Below, piece by piece: positions 9,108 through 19,500 of a stretch of DNA of 55,269 nt. The notes under the pieces are model-generated. The model saw only the letters and a program-made list of their open reading frames with translations. It ran no database searches and had not been told where the DNA came from. Each line of letters begins with the position of its first letter. Position 1 is the first letter of the stretch. A program made the position numbers and the translations under genes. The stretch comes from Flavobacteriales bacterium (GTDB lineage: Bacteria > Bacteroidota > Bacteroidia > Flavobacteriales_G > NORP312), in assembly GCA_018669945.1 (NCBI GenBank), contig JABHTA010000026.1, forward strand, positions 1-55,269, written 5' to 3'.

Positions 9108-10442
9108 ATGGGCACTATTATTAAAAATGCCTGTATCGTAAATGAAGGCCTAAGTTTTACTGGATCTCTTTTAATAGAAAACGACCTCATCTCTTGTATT
9201 TCACGTGAAGAAATTAACCTTGAAAGTGCTGAAATAATTGATGCTAAAGGTCTACATCTGCTACCTGGATTAATTGATGACCAAGTCCATTTTAGAGAGC
9301 CTGGTTTAACGCACAAGGCAGATATCTATTCCGAATCTAGGGCTGCTGTGGCTGGAGGAATTACCTCTTTTATGGAAATGCCTAATACAATTCCGAATAC
9401 ATTAACTCAAAAGTTACTTCAAGATAAATACGATATAGCTGCTGAAAATTCCCTTGCTAACTATTCCTTCTTTATGGGCGCGAGTAACGATAATTTGGAT
9501 GAAGTTCTGAAAACAAATCCAAGAAATGTTTGCGGTATAAAAGTTTTCATGGGTTCTTCAACTGGTAATATGTTAGTTGATAATGCTCAGGTACTCGAAG
9601 AGCTTTTCTCTAAATGTAAGATGTTAATCGCGGCACATTGTGAAGATGAGCCCACTGTGAAGGCGAACGAAGCTATTTATAAAGAGAAGTATGGCGATGA
9701 AGTGCCTATTAGTTGTCATCCTGAAATTAGGAGTGCCGAAGCGTGCTATCTTTCTTCGTCGTTTGCAGTTAATCTTGCGAAAAAGCATGGAACGCGTTTT
9801 CATGTGCTGCATATCTCGACAGCAAAGGAAACAGAGCTATTCGACAATACGATTCCGCTAAAAGACAAGAAAATTACGGCTGAGGCCTGTGTGCATCATC
9901 TCTGGTTCAGTAACGAAGATTATAACAATAAGGGCACTTTGATTAAATGGAATCCTGCAGTTAAGAGGGCTTATGACAGAGACGCAGTATTCGAAGCAGT
10001 ATTGAATGATAAAATTGACATTATTGCGACCGACCACGCTCCCCATACTTTGAAAGAAAAAGACAACAAATACTTTAGTTCCCCCTCAGGTGGGCCGCTA
10101 GTGCAACATGCTCTAGTTTCTATGCTAGAACATTACCACAATGATAAAATATCTTTAGAAAAAATAGTTGAAAAAATGTGCCATGCGCCAGCAGATTGTT
10201 TTAATGTTGAGAAGCGTGGTTATATCCGCGAGGGATATAGTGCTGATCTAGTACTCGTTGACCTTAATAATAAATGGACGGTAAATAAATCTAATATCCT
10301 ATACAAATGCGGTTGGTCGCCATTTGAAGGATTCGAATTTAAATCCAAGGTTTCTCACACTTTCGTGAATGGAAAAATTGTTTACCAAAAAAACAAGTTA
10401 GTTGAAGGGTGCTTTGGGCAACGATTATTATTTACAAAATAA
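9108..10442 (+). CDS. pyrC: dihydroorotase
   Basis: 444 aa. DDQVHFREPG provides the metal-binding His pair, followed by AGGITSFMEMPNT and IATDHAPH. The ATG directly abuts the upstream stop. Confidence 0.9.
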   Translation: MGTIIKNACIVNEGLSFTGSLLIENDLISCISREEINLESAEIIDAKGLHLLPGLIDDQVHFREPGLTHKADIYSESRAAVAGGITSFMEMPNTIPNTLTQKLLQDKYDIAAENSLANYSFFMGASNDNLDEVLKTNPRNVCGIKVFMGSSTGNMLVDNAQVLEELFSKCKMLIAAHCEDEPTVKANEAIYKEKYGDEVPISCHPEIRSAEACYLSSSFAVNLAKKHGTRFHVLHISTAKETELFDNTIPLKDKKITAEACVHHLWFSNEDYNNKGTLIKWNPAVKRAYDRDAVFEAVLNDKIDIIATDHAPHTLKEKDNKYFSSPSGGPLVQHALVSMLEHYHNDKISLEKIVEKMCHAPADCFNVEKRGYIREGYSADLVLVDLNNKWTVNKSNILYKCGWSPFEGFEFKSKVSHTFVNGKIVYQKNKLVEGCFGQRLLFTK

Positions 10443-10598
10443 ACAAGTGAGCCCATGTGCTCCCGTTAATGGTTATACTAGACCAGATTTATTATTAATC
10501 ATGGGTTCCATATTGTGCCTTTATTATATTTATAATATAATAACCTATTGCACAATGATATCAGTATTTTTTAACCTTTGTTCACAAATGCCGCTCAA

Positions 10599-10976
10599 AT
10601 GAAAAAAGAACATATTTATTTTCTACTCATTTGCCTTATTTTGTCTTGCTCCGAAAATCCTACAACCGCAGTGCCTGAAGGAATCCTCTCTGAAAAGAAA
10701 ATGATATCCGTTTTAACAGATATTCAACTAATAGAAGGAGCAGTCTCTAAAAAACTGATAGACAGATCCGTAAACAATAAAGAATCGCACAGATATTATA
10801 CAAAGGTTTTCGAAAAGCAAGGAATTACACGCCAACAATTTAATGAAAGCATCAGTTTCTACACAGAAAACCCAGAAAATTTGCAGAAAATTTATGAAAA
10901 AGTACTTGTAGAGCTAAGTAAAATAAAAGCGGAACTTCAGAACGCTAAGAAGAGAACTGTTGAAGAAACAAAATAG
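10599..10976 (+). CDS. DUF4296-like lipoprotein
   Basis: Lipobox LILSC follows the ATG at 10599; the track start at 10578 is a TTG. LTDIQLIEGA and the helical remainder resemble DUF4296, which I recall commonly lying downstream of pyrC in Flavobacteriia. Confidence 0.6.
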   Translation: MKKEHIYFLLICLILSCSENPTTAVPEGILSEKKMISVLTDIQLIEGAVSKKLIDRSVNNKESHRYYTKVFEKQGITRQQFNESISFYTENPENLQKIYEKVLVELSKIKAELQNAKKRTVEETK

Positions 10977-11949
10977 CGGTTTCTCTTATTGATTTTTCGA
11001 TAGGTATAAAATCAATCCCTAATTCTTTTTTTATCTTATCATTAGAATACCGAGAAATCGATTGAGATGATTGAGCTGTTTCATTAGTAAGGATTATTCT
11101 CATTCCTAGATAAGACGTCAACTTATTTGCTCGCCAAGCAATTCCTGTAAGCAAGGCATTTGCCCGAATAAAAGGGACGTTTTTGCCTAAGGCCAGAGCT
11201 ATTTGAATAAATAGATCTTTAAATGAAAGATTCTCGGAAACAAGAAGGTACTGTTCATTATTCGTTTTGCTATCCATCAATTGCAACATACATTTAGATA
11301 CATCTTTTACATCAACAAATGCATTCACTCCGAGTGTATAATACTTCAATCCTTTCCATACTTCAGTAAATACATTTGTACTACTCCTTCCCCATTTTCC
11401 GGGACCAATAATAATACTCGGGTTAACAACTACAATATTTAACCCTTCCTCCTTTCCTCTCCAAACTTCTTGCTCAGACCAATACTTACTTTTTGAATAA
11501 TAAGATGATTTCTTATTGTCCCATTCTGTCTCTTCGGAAATCAATTCTCCACCCTGCTTTTTACCAATCGCAGCTGTTGAACTTACATGGCACATTTTCT
11601 CAACACCAGCATGCAGACATGCATTTACCACGTTAGCTGTTCCTTCTATATTGATTTTCATCATCTCATCCCTTTCCTTTGGGTTAAACGAAACAACAGC
11701 AGCACAATGATAAACTGTTTTAACTGCTTGCAAAGCTTGATCAAGAGAAACAATATCTAATGTGTTTCCCTCCACCCATTCAATGTTATCGAACAGGGTC
11801 GAATCATGCGAATAATATCCGAATACCTTTTTTACTATATCAATGTTGCTTGATTCTCGCTTAAGCGCCCGAACCTTCTTGTTTTGCGAAACTAAATCGA
11901 ACAACAAATGTGCCCCTAACAAACCTGTACCTCCAGTAACAAAAATCAT
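10945..11949 (-). CDS. NAD-dependent epimerase/dehydratase family protein (extended SDR)
   Basis: N-terminal Rossmann motif VTGGTGLLGAHL and an active-site YSKSK. Confidence 0.8.
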   Translation of the reverse strand: MIFVTGGTGLLGAHLLFDLVSQNKKVRALKRESSNIDIVKKVFGYYSHDSTLFDNIEWVEGNTLDIVSLDQALQAVKTVYHCAAVVSFNPKERDEMMKINIEGTANVVNACLHAGVEKMCHVSSTAAIGKKQGGELISEETEWDNKKSSYYSKSKYWSEQEVWRGKEEGLNIVVVNPSIIIGPGKWGRSSTNVFTEVWKGLKYYTLGVNAFVDVKDVSKCMLQLMDSKTNNEQYLLVSENLSFKDLFIQIALALGKNVPFIRANALLTGIAWRANKLTSYLGMRIILTNETAQSSQSISRYSNDKIKKELGIDFIPIEKSIRETAILFLQQFSS

Positions 11950-11999
11950 AACGCAAATGTATAGTTTCCTAATTCAGAATATCAGTCTATTTTTGCAGT

Positions 12000-13280
12000 A
12001 TGAATTTTATAGACGAGTTGAAATGGAGAGGCATGATTCACGATATAATGCCCGGAACGGAAGAAAAACTTGCTGAAGGAAGTCAGGCGGGGTATATAGG
12101 TTTCGACCCAACTGCAGACTCACTGCATATCGGGAGCCTGGTTCAAATAATGATTTTGGTGCATTTTCAAAGGGCTGGGCACAAACCCTTCGCTTTGGTT
12201 GGTGGTGCAACTGGTATGGTTGGTGATCCTTCTGGCAAATCTCAAGAAAGAAATTTATTAGATATTGAAACACTTAATAAAAACCTTGCTGGTGTTAAAA
12301 AACAACTAGAACAGTTTTTAGATTTTGACTGTGGAGATACCTCTGCGGAAGTCGTCAATAACTATGATTGGTTTAAAGATTTCAATTTCTTAAATTTTAT
12401 TCGTGATGTCGGTAAGCATATTTCAATCAACTATATGTTAGCTAAAGATTCCGTTAAATCGAGGTTAGATACTGGAATGTCTTTTACAGAATTTACATAT
12501 CAATTGGTTCAGGGATATGATTTCTATTGGCTTTGGAAGTATAAAGGTTGCGTTGTTCAATTAGGTGGTTCTGACCAATGGGGTAACATAGTTACAGGGA
12601 CAGAATTAATAAGAAGAAAAGGGCAAGGCGAAGCATTCGCTGTGACAACTCCGCTTATTAAAAAGGCAGATGGAACGAAATTTGGAAAAACTGAAGGTGG
12701 CAATGTGTGGTTAGATAAAAACAGAACCTCTCCTTACAAGTTCTATCAGTATTGGATTAACGCTTCAGATGAAGATGCTTCAAATTATATTCGAATTTTT
12801 ACACTCAAAACGAAGGCCGATATTGAAGCTCTTGAGGCTGAACACAAAGAAGCTCCACATCTAAGGGTTATACAAAAAGCTGTAGCCGAAGACATAACTG
12901 TTCGAGTGCATTCGATGGAGGATTTAAACGCGGCAATTGATGCTTCTGAAATTCTTTTCAAAAAAGGAGACGAAGCAATTGAAGGCTTAAAAAACTTACC
13001 AGAAAATATTTTTACTGATGTTTTTGAGGGCTTACCTCAAGCTGAAATTCCGATGAATGAAATAAAAATTGGAATAGGTATTATTGATTTACTTGGAAGC
13101 AAAACAGGTTTCTTAAATTCTAACGGAGATGCCAGAAGGGCATTAAAAGAAAATTCGATTAGCATTAATAAAATTAAGATCAACGACTCTTACATATTAA
13201 ACTCAGAATCTCTTATACATGGTAAATATGCGCTATTGCAACGTGGTAAGAAAAACTATTTTTTAGTAAAGGCTGTTTAG
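12000..13280 (+). CDS. tyrS: tyrosine--tRNA ligase
   Basis: HIGS (HIGH-class) motif, KFGKT (KMSKS-class) motif and a C-terminal S4-like domain. Confidence 0.95.
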   Translation: MNFIDELKWRGMIHDIMPGTEEKLAEGSQAGYIGFDPTADSLHIGSLVQIMILVHFQRAGHKPFALVGGATGMVGDPSGKSQERNLLDIETLNKNLAGVKKQLEQFLDFDCGDTSAEVVNNYDWFKDFNFLNFIRDVGKHISINYMLAKDSVKSRLDTGMSFTEFTYQLVQGYDFYWLWKYKGCVVQLGGSDQWGNIVTGTELIRRKGQGEAFAVTTPLIKKADGTKFGKTEGGNVWLDKNRTSPYKFYQYWINASDEDASNYIRIFTLKTKADIEALEAEHKEAPHLRVIQKAVAEDITVRVHSMEDLNAAIDASEILFKKGDEAIEGLKNLPENIFTDVFEGLPQAEIPMNEIKIGIGIIDLLGSKTGFLNSNGDARRALKENSISINKIKINDSYILNSESLIHGKYALLQRGKKNYFLVKAV

Positions 13281-13335
13281 TCTTGCACGAAAAGAAAGTA
13301 TTCAATATTTTCGCAACCTACCGAAAAATTATAAT

Positions 13336-13417
13336 GCCCGAGTGGCGGAACTGGTAGACGCGCTGGATTCAAAATCCAGTTCTTTCGGGAGTGCCGGTTC
13401 GATCCCGGCCTCGGGTA
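13336..13417 (+). tRNA. tRNA-Leu (anticodon CAA), type II with long variable arm
   Basis: Hand-folded. Acceptor GCCCGAG/CTCGGGT, anticodon stem CTGGA/TCCAG with loop TTCAAAA, T-arm GCCGGTTCGATCCCGGC. CCA is not encoded. Confidence 0.9.
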
Positions 13418-13426
13418 CGTTTTTCA

Positions 13427-13457
13427 AACCTCAGCAAATGCTGGGGTTTTGTTTTTT
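13427..13457 (+). terminator. rho-independent terminator after tRNA-Leu
   Basis: 9-bp stem AACCTCAGC/GCTGGGGTT (one G-U pair), loop AAAT, followed by TTGTTTTTT. Confidence 0.7.
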
Positions 13458-13577
13458 GTCCCTTGACCCCCAACCATTTACTATCATCGCCCGTAAATAC
13501 TACTACATAAACTGTAACTATACTTTCGAAATTGCGTATTTTCGCATCATTGTTGAATAATTCTGTTTTTTAGAAAA

Positions 13578-16500
13578 ATGAAACATATCCTAACACAAGT
13601 AATGCAACAAAATTTACATCCTAAATTGACATTCGGAGTTTTGAGAGAAACTAAAAATAATATTAACTGCCTCTTTAAATTAACCAGCAGGAACAGGAGG
13701 CTGGTATGGATATTTATTGTTGTCCTATTTATTGCTCCATTCTCTTCAATTGGCAGCCACATCATTGGCGGTGAACTTAATTACGTTAGTTTAGGTAACT
13801 TTCAGTATGAAGTCACTCTCAAATTGTATAGAAATTGCTATGATCCGTTGGCTGATTATCCCGATCCAGCAGTTATTGAAGTTTTTAATGCCGATGGTTC
13901 GGATGCGGGCTTTACAATTGACATCCCTTTTCCAGGAGCTGACACCCTAGACTTACTTTATGGAAACCAATGTTTTATTCCGCCAACTGATGTTTGTGTG
14001 CAAGAAGCTATTTATATTGATACGGTAACTTTTGCACCACAATCTCCAGAATTTTTGCTGGCCTTCAATCTATGCTGCAGAAATGGATCGGTGCTAAACC
14101 TTAATAATCCAAGTAACCAGCGAGCAACCTATACTGAGTTGGTTCACTTTGAAACTATTGCAAATAATGTTAGTGTAGGCCCCTTAGGTGCTTCTCGTGA
14201 TTCTAGTGCAGGAAATACAGGAAGTGTAGATTATTTTAACTGGGGAACTATAGGTTCTGGCAACTTAGCTGCGAATGATGGTATTTATGATACAATTTAT
14301 TGTAACAGTATGGACAACAATGATATGACAGAGTATTTGTGGGCGCTTGGCCATGGTTTTAACATTCCTACCGGGGCCATCATTCATGGAATTCAGGTAG
14401 AAATTGATCGTCATGTAGACCCTGATCGTGAAGTGGACGATGAAGATATTTATATTGTAAAAAATGGTGTTGCAACTGGTACTGATCATGAAAATAATAC
14501 CGATTGGAGAGATTTTGATCAAACAAGGACGTATGGAAATGCAACTGATTTATGGGGCACTACATGGACTGCCGCTGACATAAATTCCGGCAACTTTGGG
14601 GTCGCAATTGCGGCAGAAAGCAATAGTGGAAACAATAACGTCAATACAACTATTTATGTAGACTATGTTGGTATTACTGTTTGGTATTCATTATACGATG
14701 ACATAGCAAATAATTCACCTGAGTTCAATAATTTCCCCCCTATTTTTGTTTGCATTGGAGACACTTTAAAATTTGATCATACTGCTAACGATACAGTTTA
14801 TGATGCAGATGGAGATTCGCTAGTTTATTCACTATGCGAACCTTATGAAGACTATAGTAACGGTAATACTCCGCCAATTGATCCTGTTAATTGGGCGGGG
14901 GGATTTAATGGCACTAATCAATTAGGAGGTGGAGCGAATGTTATTTCAATTGATGCTTTAACTGGAGAACTTATTGCTTATCCTACCTTACAAGGTCAAT
15001 ATCAGCTCGGGATGTGTGCTACAGAATATAGAGAGGATACTGTATTGTATGTCCACAAACGTGACTTTCAATTCAACGCCGTTGCATGTGTTGCAATAGT
15101 TTCTTCTGCTGTTCCCTCGTATAATCCACCTTGTGGAAACAACACTGTAACTTTTCAAAATGATAGTTCAGGAGCCTTTACTCAGTTCTGGGATTTTGGG
15201 GACCCCTCGGTAACAAATGACACATCATATTCCGAAGCACCAACTTGGACATATTCAGACACTGGGACCTATACTGTTACACTTATTATTAATCAAGGAT
15301 TGACATGTGCTGACACGGGAACAGCTACGGTTACCGTTAGAAGAGCCGTAGATGCAGGTTATACATTTGATGGGACTTGTGCGCTTACAACTATTAATTT
15401 TACTGATACATCAACTGTAAGTCTTGGGACTCTTGATACTTGGCAATGGTCATTTCCTAGTGGAACCCCTGCTACAACTACGGCCCAAAACCCGTCTGTT
15501 TCGTTCACTTCAGGTGTGCACAATGTTGAACTAATTGTGGGTTCTGACGCTGGAGCGAATTGTTCAGATACAGCAAACTATTCCATAACTATAACCGATG
15601 CTCCAACCGTTGACGCGGGAAACAATGCCTCTATGTGTGGAGGATCAACAGCATTAATTGGAGGGTCTCCTACCGCATCAGGTAGTGGAACTAGCTTCAC
15701 GTACTCCTGGACAAACTCAGCCTCTCTAGACGATGGCTCTATCGCGAACCCTACATCTAACACAACCATAACTGCAGTTTATCAAGTTTCTGTTATTGAT
15801 AATTTTGGATGCTCGAATACAGATGACGTAACTGTTACTCCAAGCTCTATTCCAACGGCTAATGCTGGCTCAAATCTTTCTAATTGTTCAGGAAGTGGAA
15901 TTGTTATTGGTGGAGCGCCAACTGCAACCGGTGGTGGAACTAGTTATACGTATTCTTGGTCAAACTCAGGGTCGTTAGATGATGGTACAATCGCAAATCC
16001 GACTTCTAACACAACAGCTACAATAACTTATTCTGTTACAATTACCGACAACAATGGATGTACAGATGTCGATGCAGTAACTGTAACTCCAAACGCCCTA
16101 CCTACTGCTGATGCAGGTTCAAATTCTTCCCTCTGCCAAGGTTCGAATCTTATCATCGGAGGCTCTCCAACAGCTATAGGGGGAGGAACAAGCTATACAT
16201 ATGATTGGTCAAACTCAGGGTCGTTAGATGATGGTACAATCGCGAACCCAACATCAAATACAACAGCTACAACAACATATTCTGTTACCGTAACCGACAA
16301 TAATGGTTGTATTGATGTTGACGCTGTAACAGTTACTTCAACAGGTATACCTACTGCAAATGCAGGAAATGACGTTTCAATGTGCGGTGGAACAACGGCA
16401 ATTATTGGTGGCTCGCCTACTGCTTCTGGTGCAGGTACCAGCTATACTTATTTGTGGTCCAATTCAGGAAGTCTAGATAACGGGGCTATTGCAAACCCAA

Positions 16501-19500
16501 CCTCTAATGCAACTGTTACCACTGTTTATGATCTAACTGTAACCAATAACTTTAGTTGCACAGCCACGGACGCGATGACTGTTACACCAAGTAGTTTACC
16601 TACTGCTGATGCTGGTAATAACGTAACTATTTGTGAAGGAAATTCTGTTGCTATTGGTGGGACTCCAACCGCAACAGGTGGAGGGTCTAGCTACACTTAT
16701 TCATGGTCGAACTCATCAACACTTGATGATGGGTCAATCGCAAATCCAACTTCTAGCACTACAATTACCACGACTTATTCCATTACCGTTACAGACAATA
16801 ATGGTTGTTTCGATATAGATGTGGTTAGTGTTACTGTTAATCCGGCACCAACAGTAAACGCTGGATCTAGTGCTGAGCTTTGCTCCGATGTTGGCTCGGT
16901 TGCATTGGCCGGATCAAGTTCTAACGGTACTGTTTCTTGGTCAACAAATGGTGACGGGACGTTCTCAAATAATGCTATTGATAACCCTACCTACAATTTC
17001 GGAACGACCGATCAGACAGGGGGTGTAATAACTTTAACAATGGATGTAATTGGTAACGCTATTTGTGGCACCGCAACAGATGCAATCAGCCTTACGATTA
17101 CGCCTGCACCAGTCGCAAATGCAAGTGGTGATTGGTCAATCTGTGAAGATGAAACTGGATACACTATTATTGGGGCAAGCTCTGCAAATGGAACCCTATC
17201 CTGGACAAGCTCAGGTGATGGAACATTCGTTGATGCAAGTATTGACAACCCGACTTATAATATTGGTTCAACTGATATAACAAATAGCTTAGTAACATTA
17301 ACGATGAATGTTTCGGCAAATGGCAGTTGCTCTGGAACTAGTAATGATATGATTTTATCAATATCTCCTGGGCCAACAATTGATGCTGGCCTCAATGACA
17401 CAACATGTGCCAACAATGCTGTAATCACTTTGAACGGCAGTGTAGCTGTTGCTTCTGGTTTTACATGGGTCTCATTAGGTTCTGGCTCATTCGACAATGC
17501 AACTAATCCAACGGCAGTTTACACTGCTAGTACAGGTGATATTAGCACAGGTTCAGTTCAAATTTATAATACATCTACCGGCAACGGGGGTTGTATCGCA
17601 GTAAACGATACAATGTTATATGTAATTCAACCTACACCAATAGTAGATGCAGGTAACGACACCACTATTTGTCCAAATTTACTCCCCGTCCAGCTTTCTG
17701 CTTCTGTTACAGGAGCAACTGGCATCGTTTGGACCACTTCTGGGACAGGAACGTTCAGTAACTCAACATTACTAAGCCCAACTTATACTCCAACAACTAT
17801 CGATACGTCCGCTGGATTAGTTACACTCTACACAACAACAACCGGAAACGGATTCTGCTCATCTATTACTGATTCGCTAGTAATTGATTATGCTCCACTT
17901 CCTGTTATTGATGCTGGAAACGATACTGTAATTTGCAACAACGTGCCTTCTATTCCTCTAAACGGAACTGTATCAGGTGGCCCTGGAGCAGTATGGTCTT
18001 CACTAGGATTTGGATCCTTTACACCAAACGACAGCACATTAAACGGCAATTATTTAGTAGCTCCTGGAGATGTTAGCGGAGGCCTGTTTCAATTGGTATT
18101 ATCGTCCTATGGAGGATGTTTAGTAATTACAGATACAATTAATGTTACAGTTACGCCATTTGTAGACGCGGGTGCAGATACTGCCGTTTGCTCTGGAACT
18201 AATTCAGTTGTGCTTAATGGAACACTAAGTAACGCTGGTGGAATAACCTGGAGCTCTCTTGGGGATGGAACTTTTGTTGACAACACTGACTTAAATACTA
18301 CTTATAATTTTGGGACAAACGATATTACAAATACCAGTTTTACTTTAGTGCTAACTTCAACCGGCAATGGCTCTTGCCCTGCCGCAAAAGATAGCATAGA
18401 TATAAGTATATTAGCCCCTCCTTCAATTACTGTTGGTGCTGACACAACCGTTTGTAAAAGTCAAGTTAGCATTCAAGTTTCTGGGACAGTAACGAATTCA
18501 ACAGGAGGTTTTTGGACTTCTACCGGGTCAGGAACGTTTTCACCAAACGACTCATTATTAACAACCACTTATTTCTTGTCAAGTGGTGATACCGCCCTAT
18601 CATCAGTAGATCTAATATTTAGCAACTTTGGTGGTTGTGCTGTTATAACTGACACGATTACAATAGATTACCTTCCCGCTGTTTTGGTCGATGCTGGTTC
18701 TGATCAAATTATTTGTTCTGGACAGAGCGTTGTGAACATTGCTGGAGGAATTACAAATGCAACTGGAGGAATATGGAGCACTACTGGAACTGGTTCATTC
18801 ACTAATTCTACTTCCTTAACAACAGATTATTTTCCCACATCTGCTGACACTTTAAGTGGAATCATATACTTAACGTTAACATCTACTGGTAACGGATTAT
18901 GTGAAACAGTTGCCGATTCAATTCAATTGTCGTTTACTTCAAGTGAATTTGCCGACGCGGGACCAGATATTGCGGCTTGTTCATTTACTCCTCCAGTTGC
19001 CATGAATGGAGTAATTACAAATGCAACAGGAGCATTGTGGACTACTCTTGGAACTGGTGGTTTCTTTGATAATTCAAGCCTACTTAATACAAATTATACC
19101 CCAAGCCCGCTTGATACCCTGAACGGTTCAGTTGATTTAGTTTTAACAACAAACGGATTGTCTTGTCTAGCAAATTCTGACACAATGACGCTATCGTTTA
19201 TTGACCCTCCAACTACTAATGCAGGTTCTAATATTACTAACTGCGTAAACATTCTGGGAGAACCTCTTTTTGGTTCCGCTACAAATGCTTCAGGTTACGG
19301 ATGGACAACTCTAGGGTCTGGTTCATTTAACCCTGACACTTTTTCCTTAACAAACAGTTACATCTCAAGTATTTCCGACACAACAGCTGGTTCAGTTAGC
19401 CTAGTTCTTACCGCTTTTGGCTTCAACGGATGTCCTTCTGCTAGTGATACTATTGACATTGTATACTCTACTGGTCCATCAGTAGATGCAGGAGGTGGAA

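Noticed and set aside
10402-10602. 66-aa ORF spanning the pyrC 3' end and the following spacer
   Set aside because: It overlaps the pyrC coding frame and the DUF4296 start and has low-complexity hydrophobic composition. There is no support for it.
10945-10976. 32-nt tail-to-tail overlap of the DUF4296 gene and the epimerase gene
   Set aside because: Convergent 3' overlaps of this size occur in compact genomes. Both ORFs have family motifs up to their ends and there is no sign of a frameshift.
11988-11995. Exact TAnnTTTG box (TATTTTTG) upstream of tyrS
   Set aside because: It ends only 4 nt before the tyrS ATG, too close for a normal -7 position unless the mRNA is leaderless. It is not reported as a promoter.
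13336-13417. tRNA-linked integrative element (also considered at tRNA-Ala, 45710..45783)
   Set aside because: There is no integrase, excisionase or transposase, and no visible direct repeat of a tRNA 3' end in the window. Only the weaker idea of a rearrangement hotspot is retained.
13342-13560. 72-aa ORF on the plus strand starting inside tRNA-Leu
   Set aside because: Its first ~25 codons are the tRNA itself and the rest crosses the terminator, so it is not a plausible gene. The antisense ORF 13547..13765 is rejected for the same reason.
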